Positions 13,905 to 26,445 of a stretch of DNA of 64,000 bases are shown here, piece by piece. Positions within the stretch are counted from its first letter, which is position 1. Every line of letters starts with the position of its first letter. The DNA is from Leptogorgia sarmentosa (Eukaryota), in assembly GCA_964658305.1 (NCBI GenBank), contig OZ210885.1, forward strand, positions 20,150,001-20,214,000. The letters run 5' to 3'. The notes beneath the pieces were generated by a model that saw only the letters and a list, made by a program, of their open reading frames with translations, was not told where the DNA came from and made no database searches. Position numbers and translations under genes: made by a program.

Positions 13905-15924
13905 CACAGAAGCTAGGGAGATTGTTAAAGAGAAATATGGTCAAAACTACAGAATTGCAACAGCCTTGGTGAATCGCATGACTGAGCTGCACCTATTAAA
14001 TCCGAAGATGGTATTGCATTACAGACATTTTCTGATCTTCTCGTAAGTTGTTGAAACACGCTAAAGGAAATTGGTTATCTTAACAAGATTGAGAACCCAG
14101 ATTGTCTTATCAAAATTAACGAGAAGCTACCAGTTTCTTTGCGACAAAAGTGGAGAGAACGTGCTGATGATATCACTAGCAATAAAGAAAGGGATATAAG
14201 TTTTCATGATGTCGTCAAATTTGTCGAAGAAAGAGTACTGGTTATGAATCATGCAATCTTTGGTAAGCTAACAACAAGTAAATCGAAGGAAGGATGCGAA
14301 ACCAAAGGACAATATTCATTTGGTATCGATGCAAACAGTGGTTATCAGAGTCGGCAACTAGAAGATGGTAAAGTAGAATTGAAAGTGTACAAGTGTCCCA
14401 TGTGTAGCGGTAATCATATCCTACCACAATGTAATCGTTTTCAAAGGGAATCAGTCAAAGGACGTACCAACATGGCCGGAATGTTTTAATTGTTTATTTC
14501 AAGGACATATAGCAAGGTTGTGCCCGAAAAATAGCTTTTGTAAAGTGACTGGCTGCATAGTGAAACACTCAACATATCTACATCCCAAACTGAATGCAAC
14601 TGTGGCTGATAAATCCTGGACCACAGGACTCAATTCAGAGGAGTCTCGACATACCGAAAACCAAGCTCGAAAGAATGCCACCAGCGCTCAAATTGATGTA
14701 ACTGGGGTCGGTGCCACTCACATCAGTTTACCACTTGTTCCAGTCAAGGTGAAATGCACTCAAACATCAAAGACTGTGGAGACTATGCGTTTTAGACACT
14801 AGGTCCAACACAACGTTTCGCACAACTGAATTGTTGCAACAACTGGGTGTTCAAGGAAGAGAGACAACACTATCACTAACTACTTTACAGGAAGAAGATC
14901 ACGTGATAAAAACAAGTGTTATCAGTTTGGAAGTCTTCGACTTAGAAGAGAGCAACACGGTGGAACTTTCCACAGTTTTCTCAACAGGACATCTACCAAT
15001 CAGTAAATCAAGCATACCTTCACAAGTAGATGTTGACAAGTGGTCTCATTTTGAAGATGTGAAATTACAAAGTATCAATCCACCTATTGGTCTTCTAATT
15101 GGCAATGACGCGCCACGAGCCCTTGAACCAATATAAGTGAGAAGATGTAATGGTAAAGGACCTTATGCGGTGAAAACGATTCTAGGATGGACGATTAATT
15201 GCCCACTTAAGCGAAACGAAACTGGTCGTAGTTGTGCAAACTTCATTCGTTGTGAAGCTGACCTTGATGATCAATTCAAGAAATTCTGTGACATGGAATT
15301 CAACAAGTTGGAAATGTCCATTGAAGACCAGTGTGCTCTTGGCATTATGGAAGGATCGGCGCAGCTGAAAAATGGGCATTATCAGATCTCATTGGCTTGG
15401 AGGAATCCCCCTGTTTATTTACCGAATAACAGACCTTTGGCCGAGCATCGTTTGAACCATTTGAAAAAGAGGCTAGTGAAGGATCCAAAATTATTTGCCA
15501 AGTATTCTGATATCATGGATGATTATTCCAGAGAGGTTCCTGAAAGTCTTATCAACACCATCCTCAGCAACCACTTTGGTACCTACCACACCACCCGGTG
15601 ATAAATCCTAACAAACCAGATAAACTGCAAGTTGTTTTTGATTGCGCTGCAAAGTACCATGGTACATCACTTAACCATCACCTCTTCCAAAGTCCTGACC
15701 TCACAAACAGCTTGGTTGGTGTTCTTCAGAGATTCCGAGAAGACCACATTGCATTAATGGCCGACATAAAAGCGATTTTTCATCAAGTGAGGACCACACC
15801 CAGTGACTATGATGCATTACGTTTCCTTTGATGGCCGAATAACGATCTCAACGCAGAATCTTGTGAGTATCAAATGTTAGTGCACCTCTTTGGAGCAACT
15901 TCTTCACTGAGTTGTGCAAACTTT
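13905..15924 (+). pseudogene. BEL/Pao LTR retrotransposon gag-pol, 5' part (gag, Zn knuckles, aspartic protease, RT start)
   Basis: Gag-like ARRLLKEKYGQ...; CPMCSGNH and CFNC..GH..C..C..GC..KH..LH knuckles; LPLVPVKV protease region; RT motifs [31 protein letters not shown]; many lesions. Confidence 0.9.
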
Positions 15925-16909
15925 GACCACTGTGAAGTTGTCACAACATTCATCACAATTCGTAAGCAGATTAAATCTGCTGATAAAGACCACATGTTGC
16001 ACGCTTACTATTTACCATCATTTAAAAGTTTTAACAGTTAAAGTGTACTATTTCTTGAGCAGATTTAACAAATTCTTCATGTTCTAACCTGCCTTAAATT
16101 CCCAAAATAGTTTCGAGAAGGTTTAGGTAATAATGACTACGAAACCTTTTGGATTCAAAGTCTCTTCTTGTTTGATATATCATCGCCAACTTTAACGGAC
16201 ATTGAGCCTGCAGTGCGCAAGGTGATGCGCGCGGTAACGTAAACAATTTTACTACATAAATGCATTGAAATATCCAAAAACCTGGCATTCTAAAGAAAAC
16301 AAATTTCTCTTTTCTATTTGCTCAAATGGAATATTGTTCTTGTGCTAAATATGCACAGTTAAATAAAAAAAAATAGCCATAAAAACGTCGACTTACTTTT
16401 CCATTTTATAAGTTTGGTTCTACCATTGTTGATCCACATAATAAAACATTAAAATGCAGCGCATTTCAAGATTTATTCGTCAGATATTGGGAAATGTGTC
16501 CATTTATTGAGATTTGCTCAAATGGAGTACAAAACGCGGAGATCTTTGCTAACTGCTCGGATAATATAGTCTGTAAATTATGAATACAACCTTTTCCATT
16601 TAGCTTCTGAAATCGAAGGATATTTGCTTTTTGGATAGACATTAATTAAAGTCATGATTACATTCATCTCTGCAAATTTTGACGAGATTCGAATCGAATT
16701 TTAAGCGTTTTAAACGAGCTTCATACGATGTATTTGGTATCAAAATACTCGCCATTATCTGTAGTTTCCAGTTCTGCGATTGGCGCTGGCGTATCGGAAA
16801 CACGATCAATACTATCAGTGGTAAATGGCATTGCAATATTTACTTCCAGTTCAATTTACCCTTCTTCCAGTAGCTTTGGCGCGAGAAAGTGCTCATTTAA
16901 AATTAAAAT

Positions 16910-19900
16910 ATGTCCGGTATTTTTAAACAAGATTATAATTTTGAAAGGTTTAAAGCTGACGTAGTTGTTGATTCAAATCATTGTCTGAATTATGTGAATA
17001 GGCAATGTGTGAGTTCGGAAGAAGTTGCTTTCACAGTTCATACAACCAACGAAGTATTGAAAAGTTGGCGAGACTATAAAGAAAAGGGTACCTTGTTACC
17101 CTTCAGCTATATCGATATTCTTAACTGTTTTCTGTCCGAAAACCACACTATGCTAGTCAAGAAAGACTGCAAAGAATAGAGGAGGTCCTGAGGAAAGTTT
17201 GCTCAAGGGTTAAAGCCAATTTTAAGGGGAAAGTTGGCCGGAGTTATGTCAAATTTGCTAGTCAAACTAAAAGAATTTCCATTCGTCATGGAGAACTTTT
17301 GACCGCAGGGGAATTAAAACGCGAGCTTGATGAACTACGTTCCACGAAAAAAACTCTAGAAGAAGACAATAAAAAGATTCATGAACAGTCCGAAGAATTG
17401 TATGAACGTTTAGTTTAAGCAGAGAAACTTAGTAAGCAGGCAGATGAAGCCTTGACAGATGCAAATGCTGTATGAATTCCAAAAAACTTCAGAATGAAAA
17501 TGCCAACTTGTGGCAATATTTTGATAAACTTACAGAGCTGGAGGGATTAAAGAACTGTGGAAAACCCATTGTTGAACTGAAAGATAGGCAAAAACGACGA
17601 AAAATAAGGGAACTGAAGACATATGTTGAGCAAGCTCTGTGGTTTGCTCAAACATTTGGTCTGAAGTTGAGCTCTGTTACATTTAAAGATGGTAGTGGCA
17701 AGTCTCATGAAATAGATTATCAGAATCAAGATGGCAGAGGAACACCATATAAGGATCTATCCGAAGACGAAAAAGAGAAGGTTCAGCAGGTCCTATTTCT
17801 CATGGACAGTTTTTGTGTAAGTGAGGCGGCTTATCACGAGTTGACAATGGTAGATGGTGGTGAAAATCTCCCTCGCTCTTACTTGGTAAAGCAGTGCAAA
17901 ACCAACCTCAACAGTTTGTGCCACATTACCCGAACCCCGGGTGTGGAAGATGGTGCGCAGCTGGATTTGATATCTGAACTCCAGAATGCAATAAGGAAAA
18001 AGGCAAGTTATCTTTTTTAACCTATATGAAAAAATTGATATAGGAATCAATTTTCTTTAAAACCTATTTGTACCCTGTTTTATAACACTAATTAATTATA
18101 AATCCTGTCCAGGTTGACTTAAAGCAGTTAAACGAAAACAGAGTTGGCAAAGTAAGAGTCAAGATCAGCGGGGATGGGGCACAAATGACCCGTATAACAA
18201 GCTTTGTGATCATGTCATTCTCGCTGATGGATTCCGATGATGTGATGTCATCAAAAGGTATTTTTGTCCTGAATTAAAGTATAAGTTATATATAGCGAGA
18301 CAGCAGGTTCATGTTTGGAAAATAATGTATCAGGGGACAAGGGTATTATTAATGGGTGATAGTCAGAATTATACTTTCTATAAATGCATTCATTGGCCTG
18401 TAATGGTTAGCCGATCTCATTGACGACGTCCATCTTGTAAATTAATTGGACATGTGCATTTTCCTATTTCAGGCAGCCACACTATTGGTATTGTGAAAGG
18501 GCAAGAAAGTTATGACTTGTTGAAAAATTCCTTTTCTGCTATATTTTCTACATTAAATGATATAATTAAGCAAGGACATATCAAAGTGGATGACATTGAT
18601 GTCCCAGTTGAGATATTCGTTGGTGGTGACTATAAGGTAATAAAGCTTGCATTTCAAATAAATTTTCCTATCAATTGGTGATGGAATGTTAAAAATACAA
18701 AAATATTTTAGTTTCTTCTTCTAATCATGGGGATGAAAACTGCAACATCGGACCATTCATGCATCTGGTGCACCATTCACAAAAACAACAGGTAGTGAAT
18801 TGAATACAAAAATATCTCATCAATTCAAGTATTAAATACACCACCCCCCTCTCCTGACATAATATAGATGACACTGATTAAAGATACTGTACTGTTTGCT
18901 AGATTTGACATGTCGAAGCCAGAGAACTATTACTCTGAAAAACCAATGGCCAGGACACTGGAAGAGATTCGAAAATGTGCCTTAAAGCAAAGTTGCTCTT
19001 GCGTTCACCAGCCTTTGCTCAATGTTCCATTAGATAATATTGTCCACGATGAATTACATCTGATGCTGGGGATCACAGGTAACTTGATAACACCTTAAAC
19101 ATTCATGAGGAATATAAACTAGTTATATGCTTAAGACTGAAATGTCAAAAAGTGAATTTATTCAATAAATCATTAGCTGCTACACAGCCAAAAATGCCCC
19201 ACTTGCAACTAGCTTGTTGACAACTTGCATCAGGCTTGTTATCAAGCTGTATCAGGATGTGTTGGCATGGCTTGCATCAGCTTGATGATAACAAGCCTGA
19301 TGCAAGTTGATTTATCAACTTGCAACAAGTCTGCAGATGACAAGTTGCAACAAGCTTGATTTTAACATTTCTCCAATAAAATGTGAGAATTAATTAATCA
19401 AGGGGTTTTCCCAGGATACACCAGTTTTTCCTTTTCACTAGAAGCTAGCCCCTAGACAACTAGAAAAATTTGTTAGTTGTGTTATTCAACCAGTAAACAT
19501 TGATCTTGACAGATGTCTTGACTAAGAATCTTGTGATGGCAGCAATAAACTGGGATAAATCAGAGAACTTTAACAAACCACCATGTGAAAGAACAATTTT
19601 CATCTTGACTCATTAATTGCCGCTATAAACAGCCGTGGAGTCAGTTTCAAAGTATGGGAAAAGAAAAATGTGGATGGTGGAGCAAGTGGCACCTATGATT
19701 TTACTAGCCTGATGGGAACTGACAAGAAACTTCTGCTGAAAAGTCTCCCACAAAAATTAGAGGGCGTTGTTAAGCCAGATTATAGTGAGAGAGTTATAAA
19801 TATCTGGAAGGTTAGTTGTTAATTTACTTGTGCCCGTACCCACCTTATTACAATCCATGTAGATTAATCGAGTGGATTTGAGTTCATTAGGAAGTATAAT

Positions 19901-20265
19901 TCTATGTATTTCTCAATTTTATAATTACAGAATTTCTCGGAACTATACACACTATTGAACAAACAAGAGCCATCTGATGATTTCATTGCTAATTACTTTG
20001 AAAAGGTTTGTGCATGTATGTAATATGTATTACTAGTACATTAAATGCCTAGAATAGTTACACATTTGTTAAATAGTGTTTTTCATGTACCTCTGTTGTT
20101 TGACATATTTTCAGGCGAGGAAATGGATAGAACTATTTACTTCTCTTGGTGGAGTGTGTGATGGATATCGCAAGTCCAATGTCACGCCATATATGCATGC
20201 AATGGTATATCATGCACCCACCTTCATGAGAAAACACAGTGGCATAAAAAAATTCACAGGCCAAG
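16910..20265 (+). pseudogene. RAG1-core-like DDE transposase, multi-exon, 3'-truncated
   Basis: Exons ~16910-18002, 18113-18257, 18473-18636, 18712-18791, 18903-19078, 19513-19810, 19931-20005, 20115-20265 give KISGDG, GGDYK, CIWC, DELHLML, TSLMG, TPYMHAMVYH, FTGQG in RAG1 motif order (ESCDG, GYDEK, CTLC, DALH, MNG, YFHKTLAH, EGNE). Stops and frameshifts present; the exon with the catalytic Glu is missing. Confidence 0.75.
19183..19367 (-). mobile_element. Truncated CACAGCCAAAAA-ended MITE (intronic)
   Basis: Inverted copy of ~20396-20613; internal CAAGCTTG/CAACTTGC repeats; only one end present. Confidence 0.8.
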
Positions 20266-20328
20266 GTGGGTATTACAAGCACACAGAATAAATATACATT
20301 ATTTTTTAATAAAGTGGAATATAATATA

Positions 20329-20613
20329 CACAGCCAAAAATACCACAGGCTTGTTGCAAGTTGATGAAATTGACAAGCTGTTCCAACTTGTTCCTGTTAA
20401 AATCAAGCTTGTTGCAACTTGTCATCTGCAGACTTGTTGCAAGTTGATGCATCACCTTGCATCAAGCTTGTTGACTCAAGTCTGTTCTCAACAACTGGCA
20501 TCAGGCTTGTTATCATCAAGCTGATGCAAGCCATGTGAACACATATACTGACACGGCTTGATAACAGGCCTGATGAAAGTTGTCAACAAGCAAGTGGAGC
20601 GTTTTTGGCTGTG
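20329..20613 (+). mobile_element. CACAGCCAAAAA-ended MITE with TA flanks (CMC/EnSpm-like termini)
   Basis: TA|CACAGCCAAAAA ... TTTTTGGCTGTG|TA; lies where both genes of the host transposon break off. Confidence 0.85.
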
Positions 20614-20926
20614 TAATCGTATATAAACAAATATGCATCAGCATCTACTTTACATACCTTATTAACTCTTCGCTAAGATGATCTGAAGGTTCCCATGTAC
20701 AGCTGCTTAAAGGCCAGCCACTCCATTTGATCAGAAACTCATCATCCTTTAAAGTGCTTATGAAACGAAATTTTTGGTCAAGGGTTTTATATTAATTCTA
20801 ATAGTTTTTGAGAAGCTGAATGCGATGGGTTGATTTATTTTTTCTTATTCCGATTGGAAAGTATATATTTTTCACTTCAAAAAATGCAATTTCCGACGAA
20901 AAGGCTTCCTATAGCGCGCGCGGCCT

Positions 20927-20946
20927 GTGACGTCACTGGTTAGAGT
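20927..20946 (+). promoter_or_regulatory. CRE-containing 20-bp subterminal motif upstream of Kolobok transposase
   Basis: GTGACGTCACTGGTTAGAGT; identical inverted copy at 25904-25923. Confidence 0.65.
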
Positions 20947-20966
20947 GAGCTTCGATCATCATCAAG

Positions 20967-23900
20967 ATGGCGTGTAATTCAAACTTGAGCTCGCAAAAGA
21001 AACCGAAACAACTGGGGAAATATTGCGTTGCTGGCGGGCCTGGAATGGCAAGTTGCAAAAATAATTCGCTATCTACGGGAATATCAATGCATCTCTTTCC
21101 AAAATCAAACGAAAAGTTGAGAAATCTGTGGGTAAAGTTCGTGCAAAGGCATCGCCCTGACTGGCACGCATCTGCATATTCCGCGCTTTGCTCAGCCCAT
21201 TTTGAAAATCATTGTTTTACTCAACGGCTTGATACTGGGCTGGAAATTGGAAATAACAGTAAAACAAAACGATGGCTTAACAAGGATGCGTATCCGACCG
21301 TCGATACTGTGGTACCTTCTCAAACAACTCGAGAAATATCTGACAGAGAACACAGAAAGGTATGTAAATACAAATTCACAATAGGGAGCGGTCTATATAT
21401 TAATATCCTCAACGTTAATGATATTGGTTGTATTAAGTCTATGTTGATATCGAGATATATTTGATATAGCGTCCTTTCACGTTGTTTATTAGATTTTGAG
21501 AGATGTTTTGAAGCCAGGTATTCCTTCGACTTCAATAGCCAGCGCACGCGATTTTGCCAGTGAAACGCTGTCTGTGACAGTCGAACTCCCGAACGTTACA
21601 GTGAACCCTCCTACCACTCCAGAAAACAAGTCGAAAGACCTGGATTTATACAAGGAACGATTGCGCAAAAGTAAAGAGAGAAATGTTAGCTTGAGGAAAA
21701 AGCTTTTTCACGAACGTGACGAGAGGCGTAAGCTGTTCAAGGTATAGTACAGACAGTACAAAGTGTACAGTCGCGTCATATTTCATCGAAGTAAACAATA
21801 CTTGATACAACGAAACAACGCAACAATAAAGCGAATTATTAGAAAGACTTAATTGTTAGGTCTTTATTTGAGATGTTTTGTGTTTTCTAGCTGCTAGAAT
21901 CCAAAGAGGCGACAGGCGAGGGAAGACACGGAACGACGAAGACTGCCACAGTCAGGAAATGTGAGGGTGAGAATGTAGAGGAAGTCCAGGACTATGACAG
22001 TGACGAAGGAAGCATTCACGAGGAACACGACCCAGATTGGGACGTACTGGAAGCTGAGAATGATGCCGATGGGGATGATGCAGACATCCCAAATACAACA
22101 CCCCATTCAAGAAACCTAATAAGGTACTGTCATTTGCAACTAAGGATGAAGGCATGCAGGTCATACTAAAGTAAAACAATCAATTTTCATTTACTTTTTT
22201 ACATAGTTTGCCTTCAGATGTCAAGTGCCAGGATGAACCCAAATTCATAGTGTTTCATAGCATGCTGTTGTCCCTATTTTCTTTGTTCTGTTTTACATGC
22301 AAAAAAGAAAAACCTAAAGTAGACATGTACCAAAATGGAACCATGGTTACGGTTGTCCAGCACTGCGATGCTTGTGGTGTAGACGCATTTAAATGGAGGA
22401 GCCAACCATATATTTTTGGCCGATATCCAGCTGGCAATCTCTTGCTTTCCTTTGCCATAGTGATGGCTGGTGCCTCAGTCAGCAAGATCATTCTTGTTTT
22501 CAAACACATGGGTCTTGCTGTCTACACCTCACGAACCTTCTTCTACCACCAAAGCAACTTTGTATTTCCTACCATCCTAAACCACTGGGAATCATATCAG
22601 GCCAAATTGATTGAGTCACTTCGACCTATCACTGACACAGTGTGGTGTGGAGATGGAAGGTTTGATTCAATGGGCCACTCTGCCAAGTACGGAGTGTATA
22701 CAATGTTTTGTACCACAATAATGAAAATTGTTCACTTTGATTTGCTACAAGTAAGTATGAAATATATTGCATATACTGCATGTTACCCTAGGGAAAGCTA
22801 CACTATTTTCCACAAAAATCTCACAATGAATTGTCAGGTGGTTCCTTGTTTTGCTGGAATGCAAAAAGATACAAAATGTGATATTGTTGTTACGGTAGAC
22901 TCCATTACAAAACAAAATTGATTTACAGTGTACCCAAATCAGAATGACCAATAATTGCACAATTTCCACACATTGCAGGCAAATCAGACTGGTAACAGCA
23001 ACGCAATGGAATTGGAAGGGGCAAAGGGTTGCTTTCATTTTTTGTTGACTGTTGCTGGCTTAACAATCCCAGTATTTATATCTGATCGGCACCACGGGAT
23101 AACAAAGTGGATCAGAGAATCTCATCCAGCAATTCAGCATTTCTTTGATCAATGGCATATTGCTAAAGGCATTGTCAAAAAAATGCTGGCTGCAAGCAAA
23201 GAGAAGGGCTGTGAACAAATTGGAGAATGGACAAGAGCAGTGAGGAACCATGGTTATTGGTGTTCAACATCCACAGTGAAAGGCTTTGGCAATATGATCC
23301 TGGCAAAGTGGAAATCCTTCATGCGACATGTTTCTAATAAACACGACCATCACCCAGACACCTTGTTTCCAAAGTGTGCACATGATGAACTTGAAAGTCA
23401 ACGAAAATGGATCAAAGTCGGTATGTCTAAAGCGACCATTTATTGTAGTTTGTTTAATGAGAACAAACCTCTGAGCCCCTTAGCGGTTACTTTTTGGCCA
23501 TTTTCTTGGAAAACGTTGACCGTTGGGATGTTGTATTTTTACAAAATAACCCAACATTTGGGAATATCTTTTATAGGAACCAGAGCTTACGACAAGATGC
23601 AGGGCATCATTATGAAGACCTCCCTTTTGAGCAGTGTGAAGAAACTCTCTCCTGATGCACAGACAAGTTCATTGGAGGGATTTCACTCCACCCTTAATCA
23701 ATGGCATCCCAAAATGATTTGCTTTTCATGGCTTGGGACATATTGCAGGTGTTTTTCTTATATGTCTTTCCCACCAAGTATTCTCAGTAAAAAATAACTT
23801 TTTCTCTGCGAGTTGAACTTGTAGTAAACATATTTATTTGTTGTTTTTTATCTTTACTCTTTAGACATATACTAGCTACCCTCCACTTCAACGAGAATGT

Positions 23901-24594
23901 GAACCGAAGCACAAAAAAAACAAGAGATGGCAAGAACTATGTCAGTGTGACATATCCAAAATTTAAATTTGGGGAAGAAGTTGTGCGGAATATTCCTGTA
24001 CCACCAACATATGGTATGTTTGATCCTATTCTTTAATCTAACTATAAAGCTAGAGAATTTTACAAAATAAGGCAGTTGTACTAAATAACATTGCTCAAAC
24101 AGTAACTGTGTGCCTTTAATTGGTTATTAATCTAACTTTTCTGATGTTTTACTTTATAGGCTATGTAGAAGATTTGAAACATGTTTTGTGTAGTACCTCT
24201 GAAAATGACCTGGACACTATCAGGAAGAAGTACAAGCGAAAAGTCCCCGAACCCCTAAACAGCCAATTTGCCAATAAAACTCCTCGGGATGATGCTATCA
24301 TTAAGAATGCAGCTCGAAAACGAAAAGTAGCAGAATTGTTTCCATCAGGTATTCTATTTTCTCTCAGTAAGAAATTCACTTGCCTAACAGCCTGCCGATA
24401 CATATTATGCTAAATCCAATTCAAATTTACAGGTGAAGTACAAACTGGGGAGATGGCAAAAGAAATACAGTTACAACAACAACCAAGACAGAAAAAAAAC
24501 AAGAAACTGCAAAAAGTGCAAGCAACCCATGAAAGGTCATCCTCGGTCTCACTGCCCTGATGTTGCAATTCCACCCTCAGACACCAACGAATGA
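20967..24594 (+). CDS. Kolobok transposase (THAP + DDE), 9 exons, near-intact
   Basis: Exons 20967-21359, 21493-21741, 21891-22123, 22207-22750, 22979-23420, 23577-23748, 23865-24013, 24160-24348, 24433-24594. THAP (C..C, FP, W, LCSAHF, AYPT); GDGRFDSMGHSAKYG, ISDRH, FFDQWH, TSSLEGFHS. Exons 1-8 are open; a 1-nt slip in an A8 run in the last exon shifts a CKKC..H..C knuckle out of frame. Confidence 0.88.
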
Positions 24595-24624
24595 TGTATC
24601 TATGAATACTTCCAAAACTTTAGA

Positions 24625-24738
24625 TTGTAAATAGTTTCAGCTCTTCATGTTTGGGTGACATAAACTTAATGTCAATTTGTAAATAGTTCAGCTCTCTCTG
24701 TTTGTGTGACATAAACTTAATGTCAATTTGTAAATAGT
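24625..24738. repeat. ~51-bp tandem repeat between the converging Kolobok genes
   Basis: TTGTAAATAGTT(T)CAGCTCT...GTGACATAAACTTAATGTCAAT twice plus a partial copy. Confidence 0.85.
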
Positions 24739-24990
24739 ATTATTTGTTTTTCCACTGTATTGCTGGTACAGTAAGTAGTACATATCATTGCAGTATTTTT
24801 ACCAGTCACAGATTGTCTATAATTTTAGGAAAATGACAGCTATTGTTTTAACTGTTTAATCATTCCAGCCAGTTGGATATATATATATATATATATATAT
24901 ACCGGTATATATATTTATTTGCACCAAAATACATGCCACTTATCAGGCTGGTCCAGATTGTTGTTTTGATGTGTACACTATACCCACACT

Positions 24991-25827
24991 TTAGTCGTCA
25001 CTCGCTCTTTCTTGACCAGAAATATATCCAACATTGCTGCCTGTTGGGAATGTTTTCCTTATTGTGTGGTATATGCAAGCAGAGAGAGGTCTGGTGTTTT
25101 CCCATCCCATTTCCCCAAAGAGCCATCTTGCTAACCATCTGTAAGCAACAGCTCGCAGAAACCTATCAGGAAAATATGGGTGAAGATGGTAGTGACGTAC
25201 AGTGTATAATCTATCCAACATCAATATAAGTCAGATTATTCTATATTGAAAAATCTAGCACTTACTCATTTTCTGTATGGCCATACTTTCGGTAGCGTTT
25301 CCCACTCTTGTCTCGTAATAAAGGTCCAACTTGCAGCAGAACTGTTCGGTTCGTAAGTGGAGCGAAGTCACGGTGGCTTAAAATACATTCAGTATTCATC
25401 CCCTCGAACGTAAATTTTCCTGTGGCTTCGAGTATTTCTTTGCAGCATCGAAATTCTCTAGCGCCAACAAGTAGCAAATCATCGCATCCACCACATGTAC
25501 ACCTACAGTATAAACCCGAGTATTTTATCGCTTCAGACGAAGAATATTTACCAGTAAAATATAAAACCCTTACCATTGTTGCACTGGGATTTGCTTTTCG
25601 AATCGTTGCTCCAAGACAGGTCGAGAGATCCCATCTTCATCTAACTCTTCGTCGCTTGCTGCCTCGCTTTGGTTGTCACTAGAGCTGGCCAAGGGTTCGT
25701 CTTGGTAGGGCAAGAAATTGTCTTCAATCTTCAATTCATCGCTCTCGTTTGAACTGTGTTGGTCACTGCTGATGCTGCTGGCAGATACCTGATCAGAATT
25801 ATCGGACTCTGAAGCCACGTCAGACAT
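24991..25827 (-). CDS. KolX-type protein (P2X7 C-terminal 'ballast'-like Cys-rich domain), 220 aa
   Basis: Exons 25827-25574, 25502-25266, 25162-24991 = 663 nt, open. PYQDEP, WCTCGGC, E..CC, CI..H..F, R..AYR...W..G..G...R..L.AC....IR..FP. Confidence 0.88.
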
Positions 25828-25903
25828 TTTTTTGGTTTTAAAAGAAGCTGCTTCAGTATACCACACGTAAAAGTAACTAAATTTCTGTTGTTGTTCCAGC
25901 ATG

Positions 25904-25923
25904 ACTCTAACCAGTGACGTCAC
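25904..25923 (-). promoter_or_regulatory. CRE-containing 20-bp subterminal motif upstream of KolX
   Basis: Exact reverse complement of 20927-20946. Confidence 0.65.
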
Positions 25924-26445
25924 GTCTCGGTCCCAGGGCCCGGATTCCTTTTTCTCAAAAATTCAAATTTTCAAACGCTGAAAACGGGTACTTATGTTCA
26001 AGAACATAAAAAATTAACCAGCGCATCGTGCTCAGCGCTCCAAAAACCCTCAGAAACGACCGAAAAATTAAAATCGAAATCTCGTTTCATGAGCACTTTA
26101 AATTTACAGTCCGTGTTAACTTAAGATATTAAAAATTAACTGATTAGAAGCTGTAACACCGTGAAATTTTCACTTACATATTTTGTTCGTCGCATTGAAA
26201 TTATTCTTTCGACGATATAGGTCTTGGGAAGTATCTTTTTCCTTCTTTTCGGTGCTGTGTGATACAACATCACTGAAGAAATGTTGTTCAGTTGCTTGTA
26301 ATCAACATTCCTGTCATTTCCATTTCTTTTTGCCGCCATATTGAAACACGCTCGCGAGAAATTAGCGGGCAGTTTGCGGGCTGTATTAATGGCAATAACC
26401 GCTTTACAGCATGTCCGACACATGACCGGCAAAGTTGGCGATGTA

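Larger units (their letters stand above)
20753..26097 (+). mobile_element. Kolobok DNA transposon, TTAA TSD, two convergent genes
   Basis: TTAA at 20749-20752 and 26098-26101; 21-bp TIR AGTGCT(T/C)ATGAAACGA(A/G)ATTT; AG..CT termini. Confidence 0.93.
20658..26339 (-). pseudogene. Chromodomain protein gene of the RAG1-like element (exons 26339-26178 and 20746-20658), 3'-truncated
   Basis: Splicing across the Kolobok-containing intron gives MAAKRNG...PKRRKKILPKTYIVERIISMRRTKY|DDEFLIKWSGWPLSSCTWEPSDHLSEELI, a canonical chromodomain with a basic NLS-like patch; GT-AG boundaries, phase 0. Confidence 0.85.

Noticed and set aside
15928..15970. Full 12/23 recombination signal sequence
   Set aside because: A heptamer-like sequence is present but there is no ACAAAAACC-like nonamer at 12 or 23 bp, and the CAC is not terminal.
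24991..25827. Host P2X7 receptor gene
   Set aside because: No transmembrane or ectodomain sequence, and it lies inside Kolobok TIRs, so it is KolX.
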